A stretch of DNA of 64,000 bases, taken from Cetorhinus maximus. Taxonomy: Eukaryota. Each line of letters begins with the position of its first letter. Position 1 is the stretch's first letter. A model generated the notes under the pieces. The model was not told the DNA's origin. It ran no database searches and saw only the letters and a list, made by a program, of their open reading frames with translations. The stretch spans positions 111,786,001 through 111,850,000 of the forward strand of contig NC_135885.1 in NCBI RefSeq assembly GCF_964194155.1. Reading direction: 5' to 3'. Shown in pieces: positions 26,761 through 39,149 of this stretch. The position numbers were made by a program, and so were the translations under genes.

Positions 26761-27477
26761 GGGGTGGATTTAACGGGGGTAAGGATTACGCACTCCCCCT
26801 GACCTAAAAGACGATCAGCACCTCACCGCCATGAAATCTGGCTTTAATTAATGTAGAGTGGAACTTCCACCCCTCAGGGACAGGAAGTCCCACCCTAGAG
26901 AGATGTCAGCCAATCTGACTGGTCAGCAGCTCTGTAGTCCCAGCAGGGCAAGAAGCCAATTGTGGCCAATGCTGGGATTACAACCAGTTCCCGAGAAGAA
27001 GCAAAGATGTCCCCCAGGCTTCAGGTAAGTCCAAGGATTTTGGGTGCACATGGCTGGGAGACCCCAGTGAGGTGGGAAAGTGGGGTGGAGAGGTTGGGTT
27101 AGAGAGGCCAGGAGGGTTGGGATAGAGGAGGGTGAGCTCTTGGGGAAGATGCCACAAAGGAGGTACCCCCACCCCCTTCCTGCCCGACAGCAGTCTGCAC
27201 TGTCAAAGCTGCTGGGCTGTTCACTTTACTTCTGCTTCCCCTCGCAGACTCAAAAATTGAGGTGGAAGCAGAAAGAGGCCCTTAAGTAGCAGATAATTTG
27301 TCCACTTAAGGGCCTCATTAGGCCTCAGGGTGGGTGGGCTGCCTGACGCTTACGCGCCCACTGTACCATGGGGCACAGGTTGGGGGTGAGCGGTAAGGTG
27401 GTGGGCTGACCACCTACTTTATTTTACGTGCCTGCTGGCCCTCAAATATGCCAACAGAGGGGCTGTAAAATTCACCC
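26761..27477 (+). mobile_element. Harbinger-type MITE (family M2)
   Basis: GGGGTGGATTT...AAAATTCACCC ends; inserted in the CR1 TTCTATGATTCT tail; homologous to 13153-13957. Confidence 0.72.
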
Positions 27478-28324
27478 TAATGATTCTAAAAGCCTTGCCT
27501 CTCTTTATGGTATTGTCTGTCAATGCCTTTGTTCAGCACTAGTTTTATGCCAAAGTTTATTCCCTTGAACCCCATGGTCTAAGCATCGCGAGTGATTTCC
27601 TACTCTCGCCCGTTAGCTGTGACATCAGTCCTACCAGCTTTAGGTAGGATCGAGTGCTGGACAATTTAAATGAGTCCTATGATTTAAAATGACATGGACC
27701 ATTTTATGCAGCTGGGAACAAAAGAACAGAAGAAGAAAATGGCTCATGAAATTTTAATGGAGTCAACTTTGAAAATATATAATGCAAAATATCTGAGGTG
27801 TAGAGCTTACACTTATGTTCATCAATAGTATCAGTGCAATTAAGACAGACTCAGCTGAATAAGCACAAAAGCTCGATGCATTTTAAACTTAAATGGTTAT
27901 GCCCAAAACCAGGTGTATTCATGTTTTCTGGTTCAACATTTAGCTTGCTCAAATTAAGCCCTGGCCACAAAATTGGCCACGTGCCAGAACAAAATTGCAA
28001 TATTCTACCAATTGTGCTACTTCAGGAAGGCTTTTCGCCAGTCAGCTGTGCTTACCTCAGGTTGGCACATAAACTGGATCATAAAATCAACAATGTTTAG
28101 GTGAAAACTTCGAGCTTTAATGCAACCACAAAATCAAGCTGTACAATAAGCAAAACAAAATGGCTGTGCCCACATGGGAGCAGGCTCCTAGCCACCACAG
28201 GGCAATAACATATAATGACGTGGCTTCTTTATTTTTCTCTTCCCTGTATATCAACTTTCCATCTTGTATGAACTAACAATGCCAAACAATACCAAAATGA
28301 AAACAAAAAGCTAAAAGCTCTTAC

Positions 28325-28367
28325 TCAGTTCTGCCGAAGGGTCATGAAGACTCGAAACGTTAACTGA
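28325..28367 (+). ncRNA. Minimal type I hammerhead ribozyme motif (A6C variant) in a Penelope-like tail (28325-28430)
   Basis: UCAGUU-CUGCCGA-A-GGGUC(AUGAA)GACUC-GAAA-CGUU-AACUGA; perfect 6-bp stem I; palindromic ACGU in place of stem III. Confidence 0.7.
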
Positions 28368-28433
28368 TTTCTTCTCCACCGATGCTGCCAGACCTGCTGA
28401 GTTTTTCCAAGTAATTCTGTTTTTGTTTTGGAA

Positions 28434-31400
28434 TACCAAGATGAATATATGCAAACAGCTTATTTGCATCATAATGAACTCTCAAGCAAACATATGTGCC
28501 AAAGGATGCAACATCCTAAACGTAAGAAACAAAAATGTCTCTCCGAAAGGTAATCCAAACACACACATAAGAATCACAGCAAACATGTACTGGGGTACAA
28601 ACACAAACACATTTCACAGGGGTGGACTACCCTCCAGCCACTGGAGTTTATTCTGTTCCCAATATTAGCATTAATTCTGAAATATAAAATCTGTTAGATG
28701 ATTTGGGAGGCTTCTGTGAAGGGTTGAACATCGCAAAGCAGGCACTGAGGGAACAGGGCTAGTGGTACACATAGACAGCTGGCTAGGCATGCTAAAATCT
28801 AGTACTATAGAATCAGTGGCCTGAGCTTGGGGTGACAAAACCAAATTGAATGGCTGCATTAGAACAGGGGCCTGAGCTGGGGACTGTAAGACTGGACCAG
28901 GCTCTGGATCAGGCATTGGCATCTCCACATTAGGGTGCAGCTCAGGGGTCTGTCCCTAAGTTAAAGATTGGGACAGGACCGAGGGACCTATTGTAGGCTG
29001 TGGAGTTGTGTGGTTGACCCCATAGTTGACAACATTGGAACTGTGAAAGGTGTAGAGAGCTCAACTGGCATGTTAGGGTATGCAGAAATGGGCCAGATGG
29101 GTGGGGACCATAAAACCATAGCTGGAAGTGGAGCAGATCACAGAACCAGTGCAGAAGGAAGGGACCTTGTAGCATTAATATCTCTTGACTCGATAACTTG
29201 TGTTACATAGCTGGGAACCAATGAATTGTGAATTACTGCACCAGTTGTCTTCGACAGAGGTAACCAAGTAGCATTGATGGGCCTGTGACTTGTTGCCAGT
29301 GGCGTGAAGGTAGACTGGATCACCAACATCAACTGATATGAGTGTTTGTTGCACTCCTAGGGGGACCTTGGATTTCTGACTATAAGGCTGATTGACCTGG
29401 AGGAACCCACGTTGAGCCTCAATAACCCTGTCATCGGATAGGAGAATCTGCACATTGGTAAACTGGCCTCTCTGTGACCATAATTCTCTCACGGAAAGAC
29501 CTTGGGAAAAAGGCGTGAGGTGAGTTGTGCAGTGGCAATAGAGGGCTAAATGTATAATAGGGCCTCCATGTGGTTAATGACATAGAAGCTCACCCTTCAG
29601 TGGCCGTGCTGCCTTCTCTGCTACCAGGTTCTGTTGGGGTTCTTTCATCTGCCGAGCTCAATGGTAATGTGGTGTTCCTGAAGCAGCTTATCTCCTAACA
29701 GGGTGGAAAACCCAGGGGCAAGGTCAGTCTGTAAGACAGTTTGATGGATGAAATCCAATGTACAACAGGAGGAGAGCAATCCTTACAGTATCATGACATT
29801 CATTAGCAATGATAGAAGCAGCTAGCTTACAGCTAGTGTGTAAGAAGTAACATACTCTCATACAACTAAAGTGAGTCTGTTGCCATAGGTCACATACAGG
29901 GTGGATGCAATGCCCTGCTTCTCAACAGCCCAGAGCTGATCGTCTGGACAGGGGAAGGAAATGATTTTAGCAGATGAAAGAGCAAATTGTGCCAAATGGA
30001 AGCTTGTGTGTGGAGATCTTCTGTCCACTTGATCCTTTTACTGCACTGACCTTCGGCAATAACAGCGTCCAAGGGGGTTCACCATGTATAGCTGACTTTA
30101 CTGAGGAAGGGCCTTTGAAAGCATCCTGTAGGCTCCAATGAAAGATCGCATGCCAGAAACCTTCTCCAGTGGAGAGCAGGTGGAGAGGGTGGCCACAACA
30201 TGTGGGATAAGTTGCAAGGTGTCCTGGGATCAAATCTATCCCAGAATTGTTACAGTCTTAGGGAAGGTGACAGTTTTAGGTACAGATAGGCACAGGTTAA
30301 ATTGTGATAGAGCATGTAGTACACATTGCTAATTCTAAAGAAGTTAATCAGAACTGTAACCACCATAGTAGAGGTCATCTGCAAGTTTGTTAACTATACT
30401 GTTCTCTAGAAGATCACCTAGGACAAGGCATGTCAATTCACCAAGGATAGTTTCAGATCCAGGCAAGCCCATGGCAGACTAAGTGCATACATGAACACAG
30501 GGTGTACTTCCATGGTACTTCATGGAAAGTTGCGCTCATGGAATCTGGTAAAAAGCATTGGTCAGATCTGTTGCAATGATGTTTTTAATCTTGTGTAAGT
30601 TTGAGTCAACATGAGGCATGAGTGAAGGTTGCGGCTTACAGTTGTCACAAAAATAATAAATATAATAATTCTTATTATATTATTGTGATTTATTGTAAAA
30701 GTAGGTTAATAGTGGGGTTTAGATAGTTTCTGTGTGTGTGTGGGGGTGTGGGGATTTAATTGAATTAGAGACAGTTGGTCTGGAGGCTTTGACTCATCAA
30801 AATAAGTTAGGTTTGAAATGCTAAATACGTAAACATGGCTGAAGTTTTAGAAGGTGAAGTGAGGATAATTTGCATTTTTAGATAAATCAGGGTACTTTGA
30901 ATGTCAAAGAGATGGTAGGATGTTACACCTAGCTGGAAAAGGCCAAGCAGTGTATTTATTTTTCCCAAAGGTTACTGACAATATGAGCACCATGAATAGA
31001 TTTATATTATGAGAAAAGTAGAGTTCCAAAGAAATATGGGAAAATGGAATTTACATTAAAAGGGAGAAACATATTTAAAGGAGATTAAAGCTATATGTCA
31101 GGGAAGGCATTGCAAGATCTACCAGGAGTGTGAAAAGCCTCCAGTAGTTGTGCATTGAGCTTGCTGTCTACAGAAACAGAAGCTGGGAAAAGCCATTTTG
31201 AATTTTACACTCCAGGTATTGTGTTAACTGGCTGGAATCTATTTAAAATCTAATTTTTGTTATTTACTGTTGCCTTAGCAGGGGTGTAACTGGAAGGCAG
31301 ACTAATTAGGGGTTATTATAGTAATAAATTGTAGACCTATGTATGTGCTTGAAATCTTTTCTTTTGTTAATAAATGTTTAATTTAGTTTTCTAAAAAAAT

Positions 31401-31816
31401 CCCTGAAGTCTAGGGTAGACTTATTACTACTGAATTCAGGCCACGCATCTCAAAATAAATTCAAATTGCAAAACAGTTGTGACTGCGTGATCAAGTTTCC
31501 CTCATGGATTTGATCTGCCTTGCACACATCACCTTCTGCATCATAACGCTGTAGCACCACCTAACATCAATGAATGCTATGACAAGTTGAAAAGCCCCAT
31601 TTGACTTCTTCATAAGAAATGATGGGTTAAGGCACTCCTCAGTGATCCCCACATCTTCAGGTCGAGCAAAGCCTCCAAAGCCTCTACTGCCAACAGTTTT
31701 CCCCAACACAAGCCATGGAACTACATGACACGAGGCCCCCTCTGTTTGCCTCAGCCCTTCATTCTATGGCCCTTTTGACATCTAGCAATGATAGCACACA
31801 AGTTATCTTGTTGGTA
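28434..31816 (-). mobile_element. Divergent Gypsy-like retrotransposon remnant (RT with LADD motif, integrase C-terminus)
   Basis: RPEDVGIT.ECLNPSFLMKKSNGAFQLVIAF (about 31560-31680); [12 protein letters not shown]; [11 protein letters not shown]; [11 protein letters not shown] (about 30360-30395); integrase tail ORF 29175-29492. Confidence 0.8.
30643..31548 (+). mobile_element. Solo LTR (906 bp) inserted in the RT gene
   Basis: TGTCAC...ATAAC(G) ends; AATAAA near 31369; near-TSD CAGT/CTGT; RT sequence continues across the site. Confidence 0.85.
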
Positions 31817-31869
31817 TAACCTAAAATCACAAATGTAAAGTCAACAAACATACAAACAACAGAAAAAAA

Positions 31870-33890
31870 TCACCCCAGTGACCCATAAGTGTATCTAATG
31901 TCATGAAGCCTTGCACTCCCTTCCACTTCTATCGGCTAGCTGCCTCCCCCTGTGGCTGAGGATAAGGTGGAGGCAGCCTGCTCCCTTGTTTCTGCTTTTG
32001 GCTGAGATGCCTGTGATTTCCATCCTCATCCTGGTGGTTCCCATGGGGGCTCCTCCACAGTCTGCTGGGCTGTGCCCTTGCAGGGGCAGCTTCTGTCACA
32101 GGGCCTTGTAAAATGGATGGTTCCTGAGTTGGAGGGGCTGATGTGGCGAGGGATGATGCCAGTGACCACAGAGGGGTGGACCCCTTATCAGCCTCTTCAC
32201 CTGCATCAGCCCTTTCCGGCCTCTCTTGCATGCTGGATGAGGCCAATGGCACTGTCTCTTCATGCACTTCTGCACCATCTGTGACATCGTGCAGTCAGTG
32301 CTATAGAGATTCACTCTCTTTCTGTATCAGTCAGTGCACTGCTCTTGCCTCATTGTGGTGCTGCATATGGCTCTCCAAAAGGTTTGCCACTTGCTCAATG
32401 GAGGAGCTCAGGCACTCAAAGCCCTGACACACTACAGAGCACCTGTGCTGTATGGACTCCTCCAGCATCTGCCCATGGTTCCACAATGCCTCAGGGATTT
32501 CCCACATGCGGGAACTCCTCTGCCTCTGATGCTCCAGAGAGACCCTCCTTGTTTGTGACACCTGAGTTCCAGCATCTTCTCCCGGTGGACCATGGCTGTG
32601 ACTGCCCTCTGTCCTCTGAGGGGAACTGCCTATAGCTGACTCTGCTTCACTTTCCTCCTCCTGCTCACTTGTGATGTGCGGTTCTCCCAGTTCTAATCTA
32701 GATTTGAGGCTGAACCAAGGTGAGCGTGTCTGTGCTGGTGGAAGGTGTGGAAAAATGATGTGACGGTGCAGGCGCAGGGACATCTCTCTCCACTGAGGAA
32801 GGCAGCAATGACTAGGCTAGTACACTCTGTTCCCCCTCTGCAAGTGACCCTATGGGAACCACAAGAAGGTGAGGATGAGAACTCGGGCTACCCAGCAGGT
32901 GCCTTAGCACAGCCAAACGAAAAGGTGACAGCATTTGTAGAGCCACGTGGATGCTGGGCAGGAGTGGCCTCCATGCCCTTTACCTGTTGATTGAGTTATC
33001 AAATGACCTGGCTCTGAATAACCTCCCATCTTGTCATTGCCCACAGCTTGACACAATGATAGCTGCACCCTCTCCAGCACTGCCTCTTCCATAGGAGTCA
33101 GTGTGTGTGGAGCTGTAGCTCATCACCACCTGTCTGAGACATCGTTCTGGAATTATCCACTCTCTTCTGCTACAGGATGAAGAGAGAAAGGTTTATGAGA
33201 AGGCTGCCATCCCTCCCTCACTCATTCCAGCATGACATTCGTATGAGGTGGTGCGCTCCTCACTGGTGTTCCCTGTCCAATGTGTTCCATATGTGAGGGT
33301 TGCTGACGTCTCATTGATGCAAATGGCCACTTGATCTGACAATATTAAGGAGAATTATGAACACTCAGTCTGCTCAGCACATGTACATGCAGATATTTAC
33401 AGAGTTAAAGATCTGTTACCTGGATGTCATTTGCCACTCACCGTTCCAGACCTTAGCAGATCATTGAAGCATTTTCTGCACTGCTCCCATGTCTTCCTGA
33501 TGACTTTTTGGCTACCGACCTGCATCGTCACCTCTATCCATGCTCAGAGGATTTCTCTTTCTGGACGGAGGGAAGAGCACACCTCTCCCCTCGGCGACAG
33601 CCTCTGTCAAAGCCTCAAGGGAGGCATTGGAAAGGAACAGGGATGACCTTGGACACCTTGCCCAGGTCAGGACTGACCCTCTGAGTTCCCTGCTGCTCCA
33701 AACCTTCAGACAACAGAAAGTCTAGTCATGGCTGCCTTTTGCCTTTTAAAATTGCCCTATGTAACAAGATCCCATTTCCATGCTCCTCCTGGTGCCACTA
33801 ATTGGGCGCCGAACTCACCTCCGGGCCAATTTGGGCCTTTGCATTTACAAATCAAATTACATCATTGGCGCTAACATGGTGTGGGGTTGG
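31870..33890 (-). mobile_element. Harbinger element with Myb/SANT pseudogene (divergent subfamily)
   Basis: Exon 1 (ends 33442) SNASLEALTEAVAEGRGVLFP..AWIEV..TWEQCRKCFNDLLRSGT|GTGAGT; exon 2 33169-33008 QKRVDNSRTMSQTGG; acidic/low-complexity exon 3 ORFs 32331-32783 and 31929-32267. Confidence 0.8.
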
Positions 33891-33899
33891 GACATGAAA

Positions 33900-36800
33900 A
33901 CATAGGATTGCACAGGATATATAGCACAGAAACAGTCCATTCGGCCCAACCATGCCAGCATTTATGCTCCATTACAGCCTCTTCCCATCTTTTCTCATCT
34001 AAATGTCTCTTCGTAACCCTCTATTCCCTTCTCCCGCATAAGCTTGTCTAGCTTCTCCCTAAATGCATCTATGCTATTCACTTAGACCACTCCCTGTGGT
34101 AGCGAGTTCCACATTCTCCCCGCTCTTTGGGTAAATATGTTTCTTCTGAATTCCCTGTTGGATTTCTTGGTGACTATCTTATTATTGATGGTGTATAGTT
34201 ATGCCCCTCCCCACAGGAAGAACATTCTGTATCCACTTTATTAAAACTATTCATAATTTTAAAGACCTTTATTAGGTCAATTCTGAGCCTTCTTTTTTCA
34301 GCCTGTCTATCCATTCCTGATGTGTAGACCCACACATATCTGGTATCATCCTTGTAAATCTACCCTGCAACCTCTCCAGTGCCTCTGTATGTTTCTTATA
34401 TCAGAAAAGAGAGATGGTGGGAGTTGGAGGAAGGATTATGTAGAAAAAATAGGGAATTAAGTAAAAATCATAGAATAGTAATCATGGGAATTTCAACTTC
34501 CCTGACATTAATTGGCAGAAGAGGTTGGCAAAGGGGATAAGAGAATAGAGTTCCCAAAATGCACACAGGACTCTTTTGTAATTCAATATATAAAAAGCCC
34601 AACAAGGGAGGATTCACTATTGGATCTAGTAATGGGGAATGAGCCAGAACAGATAAAAGAAGCAGAAGTGGGGAAACATCTAGACAATAATGACCATAAT
34701 ATAATATGCTTTAAGATGGTGATAGAGAAGGACACATATATGATGAAAACCAGGTTAATAGTTTGGAGATGCGCTGATTTCAAGATGCACTGAGGATAGA
34801 ACTTGGGAAAATAAAACAGGCAAAAATATTGCTAAACAATCATGTAGAACAACAATGGGGAATATTTAAAACAATGTTCAACAGAGTGCAGGAAAATTAT
34901 ATTCCACTAAAAGAAAAGAACAAACTAAACACTAGTGAGGCTCCATAGTTGAATAAAGACATGGGAACAATTGAGAGTCAGGACAGAGGCATACATGAAG
35001 TACATACACAGCAGAGGGGTGCATGCTAAGCGAGAATATGAGGAGATAAGGAAAGATGTAAAAAACCAATTAGGAAGGCAAAGAGGAACAATGAAATTAA
35101 ATTATCAAAGAGCATAAAACAAAATAGTAAAATGTTTTACAGACATATCAATATAAAAAGGAAGGCTAGGCTGGGAATAGGACCATTAAGGGATGGGCAA
35201 GATAACACCACAGACAATGATAAAGAGATGGCAGAAAAATTAAATAAATATTTCGCTTCAGTACATCTGAGGGAGATAAAACAGATAGACATGCATTGAA
35301 TGATGAGATGAGCAATGAAATAAGTGCATTTACAATAAAAAAGTAATGTATTGAATAAACTAAATAAATTCAAACAGGGTATAGCCCCTGGTCCAGAAAG
35401 ATTGCATCCATGTATTTTAAAAGAATCTTGGCAAGAGAGAGCAGAGGCATTACTACACATATTTAATAGTTTGTTAGAAGAAGGTGTAGTGCCACAGGAC
35501 TGGCTGATAGCTAATGTAATTTCTCCACTTAAGAAGGCAGATGGAACATGTGCCAGGAATCATAGATCGGTCAGCTTAACATCAGTGGTAGGGGGAAACA
35601 ATGGGATCCTTACTAAAGGATTGAATGGGTGAACACCTACAAATGAGAAATGTTATAATGAATAGTGTCATGTATGTGTTCCTTTTTACTGCCCATGATC
35701 AGTGCTTTTGTATGTAAGGCGTTTGTGTTTTCTTACCTTCAGAGTGAGTGTCCCGATTAAATAATTCCAGCAGCAAGATTTTTGAGAGTTTAAAAATAAA
35801 AAAAGTTATTTATTATCACAGATTCACCCCAAATTTAACACAATATTTTACTCACTCATCACACACACAACCCACACACACAGAGATTAGATACAGAAAA
35901 AGGTAAAATACTGTTACAGCTTATAATTGTCTCAATCTCTTTCGTGACAAGCCTGTAGTCTTTTTGATGAAGTTGATGCTTTAAAGTTGAAGTGAAGGTC
36001 TGGTAAAGTGAAGGATTCTCAGTAAGCTGTGAGACTTTATGTACCAATGCTCTTTAGGGAAGGAAATTTGCCATCCTTACCTGGTCTGGCCTACATGTGA
36101 CTCCAGGCCCACAGCAATGTGTTTGACTCTTAAATGCCCTCTGAACAAGGGCAATTAGGGATGGGCAATAAATGCTGGCCTAGCCAGCGATGCCCACATC
36201 CCATGAATGCATTTAAAAAAAAACTTCCAGGAGATTGGTTCTCATCTGAACTCTCTTTTCAACAATACTCAAGTACTGCAATTATGTTATCCCTAATAAG
36301 TACAGCTACTCCGCCTCCTCCTTTTACCTGTTTTCTAAATATGGTACACTCTCCATGTTTACTTCCAAGTCCTGATTTTTCTGAAGCCATGTCTCAGTAA
36401 TTCCTACCACGTCTGGTGCCCCCCAACACGTGATTGCTTTCAGATCCCCTGTTTTGTTGCAAACATTGTGTACATTGCTGTACAGACATATTAACTCATT
36501 TTTAATATGATTTCCTCTCACTTTATGTTTAACCATATTTTTAGACTCCTATTCTTTAACTCTTTATTCCCTTGCCATCAATGTCCTCCCTTACATTATT
36601 CCATCCAATGCTCTCATGCCCTGTTTTGTTACATTTAGGCTGCTTTATGTTTGTTGTAGGTCATTCACCCAATCTTAATAGTTTAAAGCTTTTGCCACCT
36701 CCCTTACCCTTTCCACCGTGACACAGGTCCCATCCTGGTTCAAGTGGAGCACATCCAATTGGTACAGCTCCTTCCAGTCTGAGAACTGGGGCCAGCATCC

Positions 36801-36940
36801 GATGAAAACCAATCCCTTTTTCCCACACTAACCGTTTAGCCAGCAATCTAGCTTCTGGGTTTCTGACCTCGGATTGAATCAGATTAAAATCATGTGAGAA
36901 TTGAGAAAAACTTTCTTGCAAGTATCACACATCACCAGTG
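33900..36940 (-). mobile_element. CR1 LINE with an internal inversion and deletion
   Basis: ORF1 end and endonuclease start on minus (36250-36940, VVGITETWL); endonuclease-RT continuation on plus (34400-35665, SPTREDSLLDLVMGNEP); 3' end on minus (33900-34395). Confidence 0.8.
35666..36245 (-). mobile_element. Partial LTR (same family as 22172-23812) with a nested SINE at 36045-36222
   Basis: Reverse-complement identity to 22810-23200; the SINE has the CCTTACCTGGTCTGGCC core and an A-tail. Confidence 0.8.
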
Positions 36941-37574
36941 CGATATTCTTTTGCTCTGAGGGCAATTGATGATAAATCTGAAATATGGGCCTGAATTTTA
37001 TGCACATCATGTGTGCATGATCAGCGGGCCTGGAAGCGGATGTGTTATCCACTCCCACCCGCGATCACAACCTGGATGCGATTTCATGCTGGCTGGACAA
37101 TTAAGGGCCGGCCAGCAGGAAATGCGCCTGGACATTGGCTCAGCACAGTCAGTGGTGTCCAATGGTGACACAGAGGCAGAATTTAAAAGAACACAGGCAG
37201 CTCCCTGAAGGCTGCCAGGGTTGGGGAGGAGCCTCAGGGAGCTGTCAACAAGAGAGTGCAAGAACGCATGCTTGGCAGGAATGATGGCTTCAGCGCCCAC
37301 TGGATGCGCCAGGTGGGAGGGCAATTCCAACAGGCACTCTGCCCCCTGGTTCTCTGATGAGTGCATGGGCACTCTAATGGAGGCAGTGAGTGCCTGGCAT
37401 GACACTCTCATGTGGGATGGCAAGAGGAGGCCACCCCACCAGACGAAGAAAGCATGGACAGAGGTGGCTGCCCAGGTGACCAGGCATGATATTGTGCTCC
37501 ACACATGGTCCATTGCTGGAAGCAGTTCAATAATCTTCTGTGCTCTGCAAGGGTGAGCACCAACTTGGCATTGG

Positions 37575-38050
37575 TATGAAATAAAAACAGAGAATGCTGG
37601 AAAAACTCAGCAGGTCTGACTGTATCTGTGGAGAGAGAAACAGAGTTAACTTTCGAGTCTGTATGACTCTTCTTCTGAACTAAAGAGAAGTAGAAATGTG
37701 ATGAAATTTATATTGTTTAAGGGGGGTGGAACAGGTGAAGCTGGGTAGAAGGCCAGCGATAGGTGGGGGCAAAGGAGAGATTGACAAAGATGTCATAGAC
37801 AAAAAGACAAAGGGAGTTTTAATGGTAGTGGTAAGGGCTAAAGAAGGTGCTGATGGTGGCATAAAGGTAAGAAAACAGAACATGTTAATAGCAGAACAAA
37901 GGTAAGCACTCTGTGAAAGAACAATATGGAACAAGTAACAGATGACCCTTTTTAGGGGTGGGGTGGGTGGAGGGGCGGTAGTTGGGGGGAAAGGATGGAA
38001 AAAGGGATAAAAGAGGATAAGAAAGGGTATACAACAGAAAAAAAGTCGAT
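37575..38050 (-). mobile_element. Penelope-like 3' fragment in the Myb intron, with a degenerate hammerhead (37644-37681)
   Basis: Collinear with 3550-3790; minus strand AGUU-CAGAAGA-A-GAGUC(AUACA)GACUC-GAAA-GUU-AACU. Confidence 0.7.
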
Positions 38051-38934
38051 AAAAAATACAAATAATTTTTTAACAAAGGCATTGGTGTGGATGTCTCGGC
38101 AGGTGGCTGTTCTTCGTGGTGTTTATGGGTGTGAGATGCAGAATGCAAAATGGCACATACACTGTGCACGCCAAGGCTGGGAGATGAGCCCCCTTGGCTT
38201 GTGTGTATAGAAGGGTGACGTGTGCTCATCTGATGGGCACCTCAACCTGTGTGTCCGTGGGGTGGGGAGGGCAGCAAGACTGGGATGATGTGGCAGATGG
38301 CAGCTCATCACCACATTCTCAAGGGCATCTAGGGATGGGCAATAAAATGCTGGCCCAGCCAGCAAAGCCCACATCCCGTGAATGGATAAAAAAAAAGGTA
38401 AGAGGTGCACTAATGAGTGCACTTTTGGCCATGGAGAAGAGAACCCATAATGTGATGGAGCATGCACAAACGGGTGGTGGGGCCCCCAACATACTGATAC
38501 TTTCCAAGTTCAAGATGGACACCTGGGATGTGGAAAGTGAACGTGGAGCAAGGTCCACAAATTGAGAAGAGGCAGGAGTCTCGGATGAAGGTAAGAGTCC
38601 AGTGGACAGATGAGAGACTGGAGAAGTGTGTAAGAGCAGTAGGATTGTGGCATCTCCAATGAGATGTTCTAATCAACAGTCCCCATTGCTCATCCATTCA
38701 CAGTGCCTCAGCAAGGCAGTTATCCATTCTAACAAGCACAGTCACTTTGTTACAATGTAATCAACTGACATATTCCGTTCCTCCCTCAGAAGCGCCATTC
38801 TCATGATGCCCGATAGGTCCTGAGGGCGCTCCCTTGACTGCTGAGGAGGAGCCGCAGATCGATGTACCCGCATCACATCATCTTTCTGGACCAAGCAGAT
38901 ACAGGCACGTCAATGGGCAACAGACCAGGTAGTT

Positions 38935-39149
38935 GGAGGGCTACCTGTAGACTTTTACTGCAGGATAATGGTGTCTTCTGTGGATTCTTCCACCTTGCAC
39001 ATCCTGCTGGCCCTGCACCCAATGTGCCTGCGCCTCTCTTTCGACAGGTCACTCTCTGGGACACTTCCTGCAGACACCAGCTCTCCTCTCCCTTCTGGCC
39101 CTCTCCTCCTACTCAGAGGCAATCCCTCCAGTGGAGCAGACAATCCATA
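38935..39149 (-). pseudogene. Harbinger (HARBI1-like) transposase N-terminal remnant
   Basis: Reads IVCSTGGIASE*EERARRERR...GGRIHRRHHYPAVKVYR*PSNYL, resembling Harbinger transposase N-termini from memory; no DDE core is retained. Confidence 0.55.
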
